Positions 1-11,181 of a DNA stretch of 64,000 nucleotides are shown piece after piece; position 1 is the first letter of the stretch; every line of letters starts with the position of its first letter. The DNA lies in contig LSRY02000012.1 of assembly GCA_001643675.2 (NCBI GenBank), positions 1,240,001 through 1,304,000 on the forward strand, given 5' to 3'. The stretch is from Monocercomonoides exilis PA203. Its lineage: Eukaryota; Protista; Preaxostyla. The notes below the pieces were generated by a model. That model made no database searches. It was not told the origin of the DNA and worked only from the letters and a program-made list of their open reading frames with translations. The translations under genes were made by a program, and so were the position numbers.

Positions 1-192
1 AGAAAAAAGGTCACTTTTTAAAAATAGAAATATAACATATAACATGATACAACAAATATCATTTTAAGTGTGTAAAGTCACTTCCTTTAACAAAATATTT
101 CACTAAAAAATTTACAATTTAATGATAACAAAATTGACAAAATGAAAAGAGTCACAAATATCACAAAACACATAAAACGAATTTCATATAGC

Positions 193-675
193 TTATATTG
201 ATTCATATGGCGTGATATCAACAGGTTCAAATCCGTCTGAAAATGTGAAATAAACAAAATTAAAACGAGAAAAAAATAATAATGATAAATAAATATGTTT
301 ATGTATACCATTTGTCTTTAATCTTAACGAAATTTCTGAATCTTCCAAGATGCCTTGTTCACCGAGCGTCTTGCTGTCATTCAAATCTCGAAGTCCAAAT
401 GTTAGTAACATTTCATTTGGTGGAACGCTCTATATTACAGCAATTCAACATATCATAAAAAGCACTGCAAGTTAAAATATATCGCTTGAATGTGTAGTCA
501 AACCAAGATGGGAGAGAGTTTCTCTTTTGTTTGAATGATTGTTTCATGAGACTCAACTAAAAGGAAAATTGTTTGCTTTTTCCTTTTCACTCTTATGTAC
601 TATGTTTCGCGTAAAAATTTCATTATTTATTTATCAAAACAGCAAACTCTAAAAAATAAAAACATTAAATACCAT
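193..675 (-). CDS. ELOB: Elongin B (ubiquitin-like), 4 exons, 87 aa
   Basis: Manual splicing of exons 675-673 (ATG only), 599-504, 429-309 and 236-193, all GT-AG, gives MYIRVKRKKQTIFLLVESHETIIQTKEKLSPILSVPPNEMLLTFGLRDLNDSKTLGEQGILEDSEISLRLKTNDGFEPVDITPYESI. This matches the Elongin B pattern (YIRVKR.K.T.F ... DSKTL ... FE.V.I.P). Confidence 0.8.
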
Positions 676-1362
676 TTTTGATACAAAATGTGGGTTGACG
701 AACCAACAAAAAATCATTGTTAGTTCAACAATATCCATTAAACTCAGATTAAATGAAAGAAAAATGAATATGTATTTTCTTTGACTTCTCTTTGATGCTT
801 CACAGAATGTCTGAACAAAAAATGTGTTTTATTCAGAAATATTTGAAAACCGGAACGAAAGATGAAGTGCATTGTTGAAAGAGAAATAACTATTTGAGAG
901 ATTCCGAAGACCAGAAATTGATTTTTTTGTTTTCAATTTTCTGATTAGATTTCCTTTAAAAATGTTTCAACTTTTCAAAATGCTTTTTGCCATTTATAAA
1001 TCAAAACAAGTTTTCAAATGAAGAATCATCATTTTGTACGCAATATAATATTATATTTACATAAAGAAAAAAATCAAAACTCTCTGATATAATTGAACAG
1101 TCGATAATAGTAATTTGAAAACAACATTCAATTAATTCAAATTGGCATGATATTCAGAAAATGAAATCTTTTCTATCTATAACTTTTTACGGTTTTAATT
1201 TTTTGTGAAAATAAAGAAAGAATTTTAACTTCTCAGTTGATTCTTAACGAATGTTAGTGAAATGAACACGAAACAATTGAGAAAAAGAAAGAAAATAAAC
1301 AGAACAAATAAAAAATGGTTCCTCAATCATCTTCAATTTGTTGAGCAAGAATGCAAATAAAT

Positions 1363-3576
1363 TTAGTCGACTTGTTCCATTTCACCTGGCTCAGCTGAAG
1401 CATCGGCTTCCAATGGTGGAAGGTCAGATGCATCTGATGAATCGCTTGTATCATCAATTGAAAGACCAAGCTTGATCATTCTGTGAATGCGAGAGGCAAA
1501 TGATGATGAATCTTCAAGTGAAAATCCAGATTGAAGCAATGCAGTTTCATAAAGCATCATGACAAGATCCTTCAATGTGGCATCTGCTGGGTTGTCGCAT
1601 TTCTTTCTCAATTCAGCCATGATTGGATGATCTGGATTGATTTCCATGATTTTCTTTGATGCCATGTATGAGAATGAAGAAGCATCACGCAATGCTTGAG
1701 CCTTCATGATTCTTTCCATGTTAGCAGACCAGCCGTATTCGTTGGTCACAAGAACACATGGTGAATCAACAACACGTGAGGAAATTGTGACTTTCTCGAC
1801 TTTTTCTCCGAGGATGTCCTTCATAACTTTGCACAAGTTTTCGTTGGCAGCTGCCATTTCCTCTCTTCTCTTTTTCTCTTCTTCTGTCTCTTCAATTTCC
1901 AATCCTTCTTTTGTAACGCAAACAAGTTTCTTTCCTTCGTAGTCCTTGAGTTGTTGAACAGAGTACTCATCGATTGGATCAACCATGAACAAAACTTCCA
2001 AGTCTTTTCTCTTCAATCTCTCCAAGAATGGGGAATCGCGGACAGCTTCCTTTGATTCTCCTGTAATGTAGTAAATGTTTTTCTGCTCTGGCTTCATTCT
2101 TGCAACATAGTCTTTCAATGAAATAAGCTCATCAGGAGATTTTGTTGAGCAGTATCTCAGCAATTCAGCCAATTTAGCTCTGTTGTCAGCATCTTCGTGA
2201 ATACCCAACTTAATGTTCTTGGAGAAGGCTTCATAGAATTTCTGATAGTCTTCCTTGTTCTCTGCAATATCATTGAACATTTCAATGCACTTCTTGACAA
2301 TGTTCTTCTTGATAACTTTCATGATCTTGTTTTGTTGGAGTGTTTCACGAGAAATGTTCAAAGGAAGATCTTCTGAATCAACGACACCACGAATAAAGCC
2401 AAGATATTCGGGAATCAAATCATCACAGTTCTCCATAATCAAGACACGGCGCACATACAACTTGATGTTGGTGTTCTTCTTCTTTGTTTCGAACATATCA
2501 AATGGAGCACGACGTGGAGTGAAGAGAACAGCTCGGAATTCCAATGATCCTTCGAAGAAGAAATGCTTGACAGCAAGATGATCTTCCCAATCGTTTGAGA
2601 TGCTCTTATAGAATGCTGCATATTCTTCTTTTGTGATTTCCTCTGGCTTGCGCATCCAAATTGCTTTCATCTTGTTGATTTGTTCATATTCATGAACAAC
2701 CTCCTTAATCTTTCTTGTTTTCTTTTCCTTTGGTTTTTGTTCTTCTTCAACTTTTGGTTCTTCATCGTCTTTCTTTTCTTCCTCACCTTCTTTCTTCTCT
2801 TCTTCTCCTTCCTTTTTCTCCTCTCCTTCTTTCTTTTCTTCCTCACCTTCCTTCTTTTCCTCTTCTTTCTTCTCTTCCTCCTCTTCTTCTTCCTCGACTT
2901 CCTTTTCCACTGTCTTTTCGACTTGGAGTGAAATTGGATATGCAATAAATTCTGAGTGTTTCTTGACAAGCTCCTTCAATTTTCTTTCTTCCAAGTAGTC
3001 CAACATATCGTCCTTCAAGAAAAGAGAAATACGAGTTCCACGAGGAATTCTTTCTCCTTCTTTGTCTTCGCGAATTGAAAATGAATCACCAGCAGCACTT
3101 TCCCAAACAAGTTGGACGTCATCGTGATGTTTTGTTGTCACCATCACATTCTGGGCAACAAGATATGCTGAGTAGAAACCGACACCAAACTGTCCGATCA
3201 TAGACACATCTGCACCAGCTTGGATGGCTTCCATGAATGCCTTTGTGCCAGAGCTTGCAATTGTACCCAAATTATTGACGAGATCAGATTCGGTCATACC
3301 AATACCAGTATCGCAAATGTGAAGGACTTTGTTGACCTTATCCGGAATAAGACGGATTTCAAATCTTGGCTCCTCTTCCAACAATGATTTATCTGTGAGG
3401 CTCTGATAACGAACTTTATCCAAAGCATCAGATGCATTTGAAATAAGTTCCCGAAGGAAAATATCCTTATTTGAATAGAATGTGTTGATGATCAAGCTCA
3501 ACAATTGGTTGATCTCTGCACGGAACTTGTAGTTCTTTGCATCAACGGGTACTTCAGGTTTTTCTTCAGTCGACAT
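1363..3576 (-). CDS. HSP90: Cytosolic heat shock protein 90, intronless
   Basis: [51 protein letters not shown], charged linker, C-terminal MEQVD. Confidence 0.99.
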   Translation of the reverse strand: MSTEEKPEVPVDAKNYKFRAEINQLLSLIINTFYSNKDIFLRELISNASDALDKVRYQSLTDKSLLEEEPRFEIRLIPDKVNKVLHICDTGIGMTESDLVNNLGTIASSGTKAFMEAIQAGADVSMIGQFGVGFYSAYLVAQNVMVTTKHHDDVQLVWESAAGDSFSIREDKEGERIPRGTRISLFLKDDMLDYLEERKLKELVKKHSEFIAYPISLQVEKTVEKEVEEEEEEEEKKEEEKKEGEEEKKEGEEKKEGEEEKKEGEEEKKDDEEPKVEEEQKPKEKKTRKIKEVVHEYEQINKMKAIWMRKPEEITKEEYAAFYKSISNDWEDHLAVKHFFFEGSLEFRAVLFTPRRAPFDMFETKKKNTNIKLYVRRVLIMENCDDLIPEYLGFIRGVVDSEDLPLNISRETLQQNKIMKVIKKNIVKKCIEMFNDIAENKEDYQKFYEAFSKNIKLGIHEDADNRAKLAELLRYCSTKSPDELISLKDYVARMKPEQKNIYYITGESKEAVRDSPFLERLKRKDLEVLFMVDPIDEYSVQQLKDYEGKKLVCVTKEGLEIEETEEEKKRREEMAAANENLCKVMKDILGEKVEKVTISSRVVDSPCVLVTNEYGWSANMERIMKAQALRDASSFSYMASKKIMEINPDHPIMAELRKKCDNPADATLKDLVMMLYETALLQSGFSLEDSSSFASRIHRMIKLGLSIDDTSDSSDASDLPPLEADASAEPGEMEQVD

Positions 3577-3861
3577 TTATTTATTCAATGAAAATGATCA
3601 AGAATGACAGATCTGAAATTCCAACAATGCCACCAACCATATTATCTGTATTTGTTTTCCACTTTCGTTTTGGTTGTTTTTATAATATGCAAAAAATATT
3701 GATATATTGTTTTATAATTATTTGTTGTTAAATTATTGAAAATTAGTTAATCAAACCATACTTGTTGCATCAATTAACTGTTTCTTTTGTTATTTCACTC
3801 TATTTATTTTTCCAGAAATAGTTGGTCTCACATATCGGAATTGTAATTTTTTTGATTTATA
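3577..3861. promoter_or_regulatory. Probable bidirectional promoter between HSP90 and the TmcB-like gene
   Basis: 285-bp gap between the divergent ATGs at 3576 (-) and 3862 (+, inferred first exon). Confidence 0.45.
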
Positions 3862-6800
3862 ATGTCAAAGCTTGGAGATGATCATGCTGCATATGGTGGT
3901 TCTGGTGATGGAGAAATAATATCTGATAAACCGTCAAAATTTGACCATTTTATATTCTTCTCGTTGTATCCGCTTTACGATCAAGTATGAAGCTTTTTTC
4001 CTGAAACCTCAATAAGGTTATTTTTGTTTTATTGAAATATTGTTTCTTTTTTAAAAAATGTGAATATTACATCTCCTTGTTTCTAAATTCATATTCGATG
4101 ATAGACCCGAGACAATGAGCCTTTTTGGGTTGTTCTGTCGTGGATTTTTAGTACTTTACAACTGTTTGCAATCGCGATATGCGGCATCGACTTTAATGGG
4201 AATTCTGAAATAAATGCAGTTTGTGACTGTTGATTATAAATAACAATTGCATTTTTCATTTGCATTCTGAACATATCATTAAAGATTTTTGGATTTATGG
4301 ACTGGAGCTCTTTTATTGGGCTGATGCCTCTTGGATTTATTGTGTTTACAATTGTGGCATTTGCTCTTATTGTTTTATATTTCTTGATGATAGTTATAAT
4401 AGCAATTACTTTGAAGGTATTCAACATTTCCTTTTTTAAAATTAAAGCAATTATTCATTTTCTATAGAAATTTCTCGTTTCTTCACCGTGGATCAGAACA
4501 ATTTTTAGACATATTGATGCATTTTTCCATTCATTCTTGTATGCTTTAAAGAAAATTTTTAAAGTCTTAAATGAACATTGTTGTTTATGATTGCTGCTAC
4601 TGAAAACATTTAGGATGGTTCCGATACAATCTATTCTAATAACATCTGTTGACTGCGTGAACGGATCTTTAAGAGTTTTGCCATCGGAAACTTGTTGGTT
4701 TGTGTTATGCTATTCAGTTTCGTTTTTAATAACTTTCGTCTTTTTTTTTTTTTTTGGATTACATGCGAATGGTTGCTTTTTATGGTTAACAACTACTTTT
4801 TAGGGTATCAAGACATATCATCCTAACAGCATTTTCTTTGGTATTCTTCATCATCATCTCATTTGTTTCACTTGCACACGCGTATTTCATCGTACGTATT
4901 GATCCGAAGCACGGCGGCCTGAACTCGCACTTCAACGGGCTGTTTGCAGCTGTGTACTCGCTGTTCATCACAATGCAGATTCTTGTGATGCGGGTGACGA
5001 TGAGCGACAGAGGATGGAGGTCGATTCTGACCATCGTCCCAACCGTCGCCCTCATCATCGCCATCGCCGTGATGATGCCGTACTACCACTTCGTCCGCAA
5101 CGCCTGGCTCGTCGTCTCTTTGATCCTGTATGCCTTTGGCCGCCTCGCCTGCGAGCTCGGCTACTTCATGGGCGGAAACTCTGCCAACTACATCACCCTC
5201 TGGGCACTGATGATCTTCGCTGCTGTCGCCTGCTCTGTCGGTGTGGTTATCTTCATGCGGTGGCGGCTCAAGCGGCTGTACCTCCTCGCACCCGATGGCG
5301 AACCCCTGTTTGATCCTGCGGCAGACGACGTGGCGAAGCAGCTTCCGCAGTTCAAGTCGTCGATGCTCGTTGAGCTCGGCCTGCGGTTCCTGCAGAGCAA
5401 AAAATACAGAACACAAAAGCACCTCAACTTCGCAGACTTGGTGTATCGCCAGGCGCTGCGGAAGCAGCCGTCGAATCAGCTGCTTATTGCACAGTATTCC
5501 TTATTCACTCGTGTGTATAAGAAACACTATCTGAAGGCAGACAACCTGCTGAGGCGCAGTCGGGCCATGGGCTCATCTCTGTTCATCCGGTTTGTCACGT
5601 TCAGCCACTTCAAAAATGCTGCTGAAGAGAGCAACGGCGGAGAAATGAAGCGGGGCGATGGCGGTGTGTTGGACAGAGACGGTGGGGCAGAAGGTGTGCA
5701 TCAGAACAGGAGCAATGGTGGAATGGCATCGATGGCATCGAAAAGCTTGCTGGAGACAGCTGAGAAGCACCACCAGGATGCAATTATGTGGGTGAAGGAG
5801 TTCTGGAACAACCTCATGCGCCCCAAAATCAACTTTGAGGCGATCCCAGTGCTTTTGATCCGGCTGGTCAACAGCGAGAAGGCAGCGAGCCAGTGCTACG
5901 AGGAGCTGCTGGTGATGCACCCAAACAACGTGCAAGTGCTGCGCGGGTACGGCTCTCTTCTGCACGACATCTACCGCGACGAGGATGCTGCTGATGTGTA
6001 CTTCCAGCGGGCAGAGCAGATTGAGGAAGAGTCGTCGGAGTCTGTCACACGCACGATGGGCACTGGTGTTGTTGGGGCTGATCAGAAGTCGATGACACGC
6101 TCATTCCAAGGCAGCGAGTTCGGCTCGCGCGTGTCAGACAACTCGTCGCTGCAGCGGAACAACCGCAAGAAGAAGAAGAAGAAGGCGAACAAGCAGCTCC
6201 AGCTGCTCGACCAGATCCAGTCGAGCGAGAAAGCAGGTGGTGGGCAGAACAAAAGAGAACGCAACACGATTCCTTTCTACATTCCAATGCAATTGGGTTG
6301 CTATATGCTGGTGCTCGTGTGCATTCTGGTCGGCTACTTCGTCACAGGCAACCTTCTGAGGAAGTCGCTGGTGCAGTCAGGCAACATGCAGGAGATTGCC
6401 CTCGTCTCCACAAACATCGGCCAGCTCTGCCTTTACTCCAAGCTCTATCTCGCACGCTTTAGCGGTTTGTACCCCGCAGGCGATTTTCCTGCCTGGTTCC
6501 CGTCGATCCAGATGCTCAAGCAGAAGTTCGCGACGCTGAGCCAGGCGCTGATGAACCAGCTAGTGACTGTCTATGCAGACTCTTATTTTGAGCCGTGGGA
6601 GCTGCAGGATGCACTGCTTACGATGACGTCATACGACGATGCTGGCAATTTGAAGTCGAATTATACTGTCACCCGTGGATTGTTTGATGCTTATCGGTCA
6701 TTCGCATATGCTGCATATGATTTGGGCTCTGAGAATCTCCTTCCGAATGCAGTGTATGCGCGTCTGGCGAATGTCATCATCAACTTCCCCACAGTCATCC

Positions 6801-9800
6801 AGGAGTCTGTGAAGAGAGCAAGCCGGCAGTACAACACGATGCTCACCTCTGCGCTGAACACGACGAACATCATTGTGATCATTGTGGATCTTGTGATGTA
6901 CATCATCTGCGTGCTCCTGTCTGTGTTTGTGGTTATCCTCGCCTTCAGCAAGTCGAACACTGAGCGGCGCCGGGCACTGCACTTATTGCTGTCTGTGCCG
7001 AAGACATACATCCACCGCATCTCGATGTCGCTGATTGCATCAGAAAACGAGCAGACAGAGAAAGACAGGACGGAGCAAGGATCGCTGGTGGCTTCATTGG
7101 ATGCGATTATGGAGCCGATTGGGGTGACGCACGCGATGACTGACCGGATTAGTGGGGAAGTGACTGCAGATGCTGTTGAAGAGTACGATGCACAGAAGGA
7201 AGAGATGGAGTCGAAGACAGACAGAGAGAAGTGGGGCGAGGGCCATCTCGGAACATCGATGGGGCAGCCAGGAAAGGGGAGGCAGATGTCTGTGTCTGCG
7301 CTTCCAGCGCTGGATGAGAATCTGCCACAGCAGAATATGGAGCAGGTACAGCCGATGGTGCAGGTGACAATCCACCCACCGCAGATGGCTGGGGAGCATA
7401 CAGAAAGATTCGAGGAAAATGGGGCTTCATGCGAAGTGGAAGAGAAAGATGCAAAAGAAAGGCGCACTTCAGAGAACGACAAGATGATGATTTCGAAGCT
7501 GGAGACAACAATTTCTCCGAACAACTCTGTTAATTCTCCGACTCCTCTATCTCCTCCTCCGTCCAACCCTACTTCTCCCATGACATCCACCACTCCTATC
7601 ATCTCCCCAGCCTCTTCGTCTATCCAATCAGCTCCTTCTGTTAAGCCCTCGCCACAGCCGAAGAAAACAGCAGGAGCACAGAATGCCAATCAAGCAAAGA
7701 AGGACACTGCACCTTCGACTCAAAATGGAACTTCTGAACATAATTCAAAGAATGCAAAGGAAAATGAATCCAAAAAGATTGTTCCGCAGGCTGGGAATGG
7801 TTCTGGAACTGAGAGCAAAGGCAACAGCCCTCCTCCAGCAAATACAGCTGAGACTGACAAAAAACAAATGATTACTCAAATTAAACCACTTCAGATTCCT
7901 TCTGTTATTCCTACATCAAGTCCAATCCGCGGAACAGTCCAATCACAATCACTTCCACAGCTTATTCCCTTAATGCCAATGACCTATCAACAGCACGGTG
8001 GATTCACTTACGGTGCTCCTGGAGCATCACAGCAGCAGTTGCAAATGAAGGAGAATGGAGAAGCATGGGGGCCAATGACAAACAACGGGATTAATCTACC
8101 GGCAAATGCGCTGGCAATGCAAAGGAAAGCACAGTCATCGCAGTATCTGATGCAGCATCCGCTGGCACCGTCGCTTATGGGCACAGAACAAGTGGCACTT
8201 GGGCAGATCCAAGGAGAAGGTAGCGCAAACTTCAACAATTACATGAAAATGAATATGATGAACGGGACGAAGAGAAACAGCGATTTCACCGATCGCACAC
8301 CGTTTGGTCCTGGTGGTGTGTGGTCAGAAGAGGAGAGTGATGGGGTGTTTATGGGGAGACACAAACCGAAGGCTGACTTGAGGGATGCAAAGGTGCAGGA
8401 AATGATGAGGATGGGCAAGCGGAAGGGGAGAAGAGACGATTCTTCATCAGATTCAGAGTCAGACAGCTCTGATCGACATCAGCGCCGTCACCGCCACCAT
8501 CGCCATAAGAGCAGAAAGTACCCAGATCAGAAGCAAAATGGGGAATATGACAAGAAACATAGGGGAAAAGGCGGGAAAGAGACAGTCACTCAGCCTCCGC
8601 TGGTTCAACAGCAGCAACTTGCAGCACAGAACTTGGTGATTCAGCGAGCAGCAGAAGAGAGCGAGATTGATGCGCATCTGAACGGAGCTGTGCGGAACCA
8701 AATAGCAGACAACGAGTGGATGGAAGCTCTTGGTAAATCGATCGCGAAGACGGCAGAGTCGTACAAGAGGCTTCCCAGTGCGATTACGAAGAGCCTCATC
8801 ATTCGTACGTGCATTATGGTTGCAGTGCTGACAATTGTTGGTGTTGTGTTTTCCATTCTGCTTTTGACTTCGATGCACGATGTGAAGACGATCTCTGCCT
8901 CGCTGATGCTGGCTGGCTTCCGAGAGGTGCAGTTCTACCAGCTGGCTGTGTTTATCCAGATGCTTGCATTCTACAAGAGAGACATTCCGCTTGACCCGCA
9001 CTACGAGCTGAACAAGTCGCTGTGCACAAGCACTGTCCTCTGTGACTTCACTCATTTGTCGGGTGATGTGACAGCGCTCAAGAAATTGACTATGGATTCC
9101 CTTGCGATGTTCAAGGAAATCACCACCAGTGTGAATGCAGGGCGGAACGGCAAGACTGGATGGACAAATGACTCGAAGCTGGACTTGGCTACTGAAGAAT
9201 GCATTCCTGAGGTTTCATTCCTGCAAATATCTGATGGGAATTATAAGTGTCCATTTGAGAATTCTGCCCAGTGCTCAGATCCAGGGAGAATACAAAGCTA
9301 CACCAAATATGTGGGTTATGACATGTTATCTGCGCGTTTTGAGCGAAAGATGATGCAAATTGATATCACCACGTCGGTTGACGATCCTCTCGACATTTCA
9401 TCTGAGAACTACGGATTTGTCACCACAGCAACAATGAACGATATTGCAGCCATCTATCACGTGTACACAAAGGGCTATCAGAATGCATTCAGTTCTTCTG
9501 TGGAAACATTGCTATCAATCTCTGTGACTGCTCTTTCTGTTGAGATCGTTGTTCTTGTTGCGTGCTTCTTTGCATTTGTGATTCCTATCAAAATGTCTCT
9601 CACTTCAATAGAAAGATACACAATTCAGCTGAAAACGCTTATTCCAGACAATCTTACAGAGCATCTGGCGTTAACTCCTGAACAGCGCACGGGTGTCACT
9701 CAAATTGACTCTGGAAGAAAGAAGCTGTTTGAGGTGCTTACGCTTCTTTATGACGCTGTCATCTCATTCTCCTCAAAAAGCGAAATAAAAGCTCTTTCGG

Positions 9801-10141
9801 TGGAGTTGCTCCAACAGACTAAGACTCAGTTTTCTGCAGAGGAGAAGCTGATGCTTGAGTCGCAGTATGACACTGATGATTATGAAGCGCATAAGAAAGA
9901 TCATCTTCGAATCAGACAGAGAATAACATACTTGACTGATAATATAACTGCAGGGAGTGAGGTTGTAGCGTTCGGTTCGATAAACATTCTTGGAAATATT
10001 TTTGCTGAACATTTCAGCACATTAGACAAGACGTTCGGAGGGTTTTATGCGAAGGAGATGGGATTGACTCTGGATGACGGAGATTCTGATGATGATGATG
10101 ATGCTGCTGATAACATTGATGAAGCTGCTGCGATGATGTGA
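3862..10141 (+). CDS. TmcB/TmcC-like polytopic membrane protein with TPR-like region and C-terminal hemerythrin-like domain (~6 exons, ~1960 aa)
   Basis: Five short 5' exons (3862-3984, 4105-4218 and following) join by GT-AG into the 4838-10141 ORF. N-terminal multi-TM block (C..CW...H...P..G), TPR-like EELLVMHPNNVQVLRGYGSLL, two TM-loop-TM modules, and C-terminal TG..ID...F..EE.LM...H...H...H...D. Confidence 0.8.
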
Positions 10142-10663
10142 TATGTTCGTTGATAGGGAAATGATTTAATTTGTTGAATTCAACATCATTTCATTTTGTT
10201 GGTTTTCGTTTTATTTACTATGATAAAGCTGCACTTATAATATCTCTTGTGATTGGTAATTTTTTTATATGTTTGAGGAGATATCATTGTGTCATACGCT
10301 TTTCTAAGTAGTTTTATTTCTCATTTTTAGTTTCTGTCCTTTCATATTTTTTTTTTCATTATTTCATTTAAATCATTTTTAATTGTAACACCATATATGT
10401 ATTTTCTTTTTAAGATTGATTGTTTGTCCTATTTGTTATTTGATCCTAAAAATTAATCAGACTTTCCATTTTATGTATCATTTTCGTTGAGGCATCATTT
10501 TCATGTTATAAATATATGTTAGCATTTCTTGAATTTCTTGTTATTATTCTAAAATTGTCATTTCACATTAAATTTCCTTATTTAGTTTAAAATTATCTTA
10601 TTTTCCGTTTTCACACATTCATGAGTACATGTTATTTATAAGTTCTTGTCTTGTTTTTTATTG

Positions 10664-10693
10664 GTTTGTTTGTTTGTATGTTTGTTTGTTTGT
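10664..10693 (+). repeat. Short imperfect (GTTT)n microsatellite
   Basis: gtttgtttgtttgtatgtttgtttgtttgt. Confidence 0.8.
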
Positions 10694-11181
10694 AAACTTA
10701 TGTGTCAGCTTCTTACAGAGTAATGTCAAATGATTGCGTAATTTGACTTTATGATTCCGACAAACAATCCTTTCATGTTTTGTTTTCTTCTTATATGTAT
10801 TACAATTCATATGTAGCTTTCAAATGTGTTCAAAAATTCTCTTATAAAAATAATGATCATTGTTCAGCAACACTTAATAATTTTTTTAAAGAATCTTTTT
10901 TATTTTTCATTTCATACAAAACTAATTTTTTTTATTTGTTTATTATATTTTTTTCTCATGAAACTTTTTAATTTTTAATCAATTGATTTTATACAAATTT
11001 TTATGAAGAAAAGAGAAATGTTGAAAATTGATTATAATTTATCGGAGTTATCGTAAAAGTCTTTCTTTTTCGCAATAATAATGAAAAAACATAAAGATAT
11101 ATTTTTCTTCACAATTAAAATCAGAAGTGAAAATTTCGATTTATAATTTTATATACAAAAACACAAAAAGCAAATTTATTA

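Noticed and set aside
1366-1380. Hsp90 ending MEQVD instead of MEEVD
   Set aside because: A known variant in other protists (e.g. kinetoplastids), so not novel.
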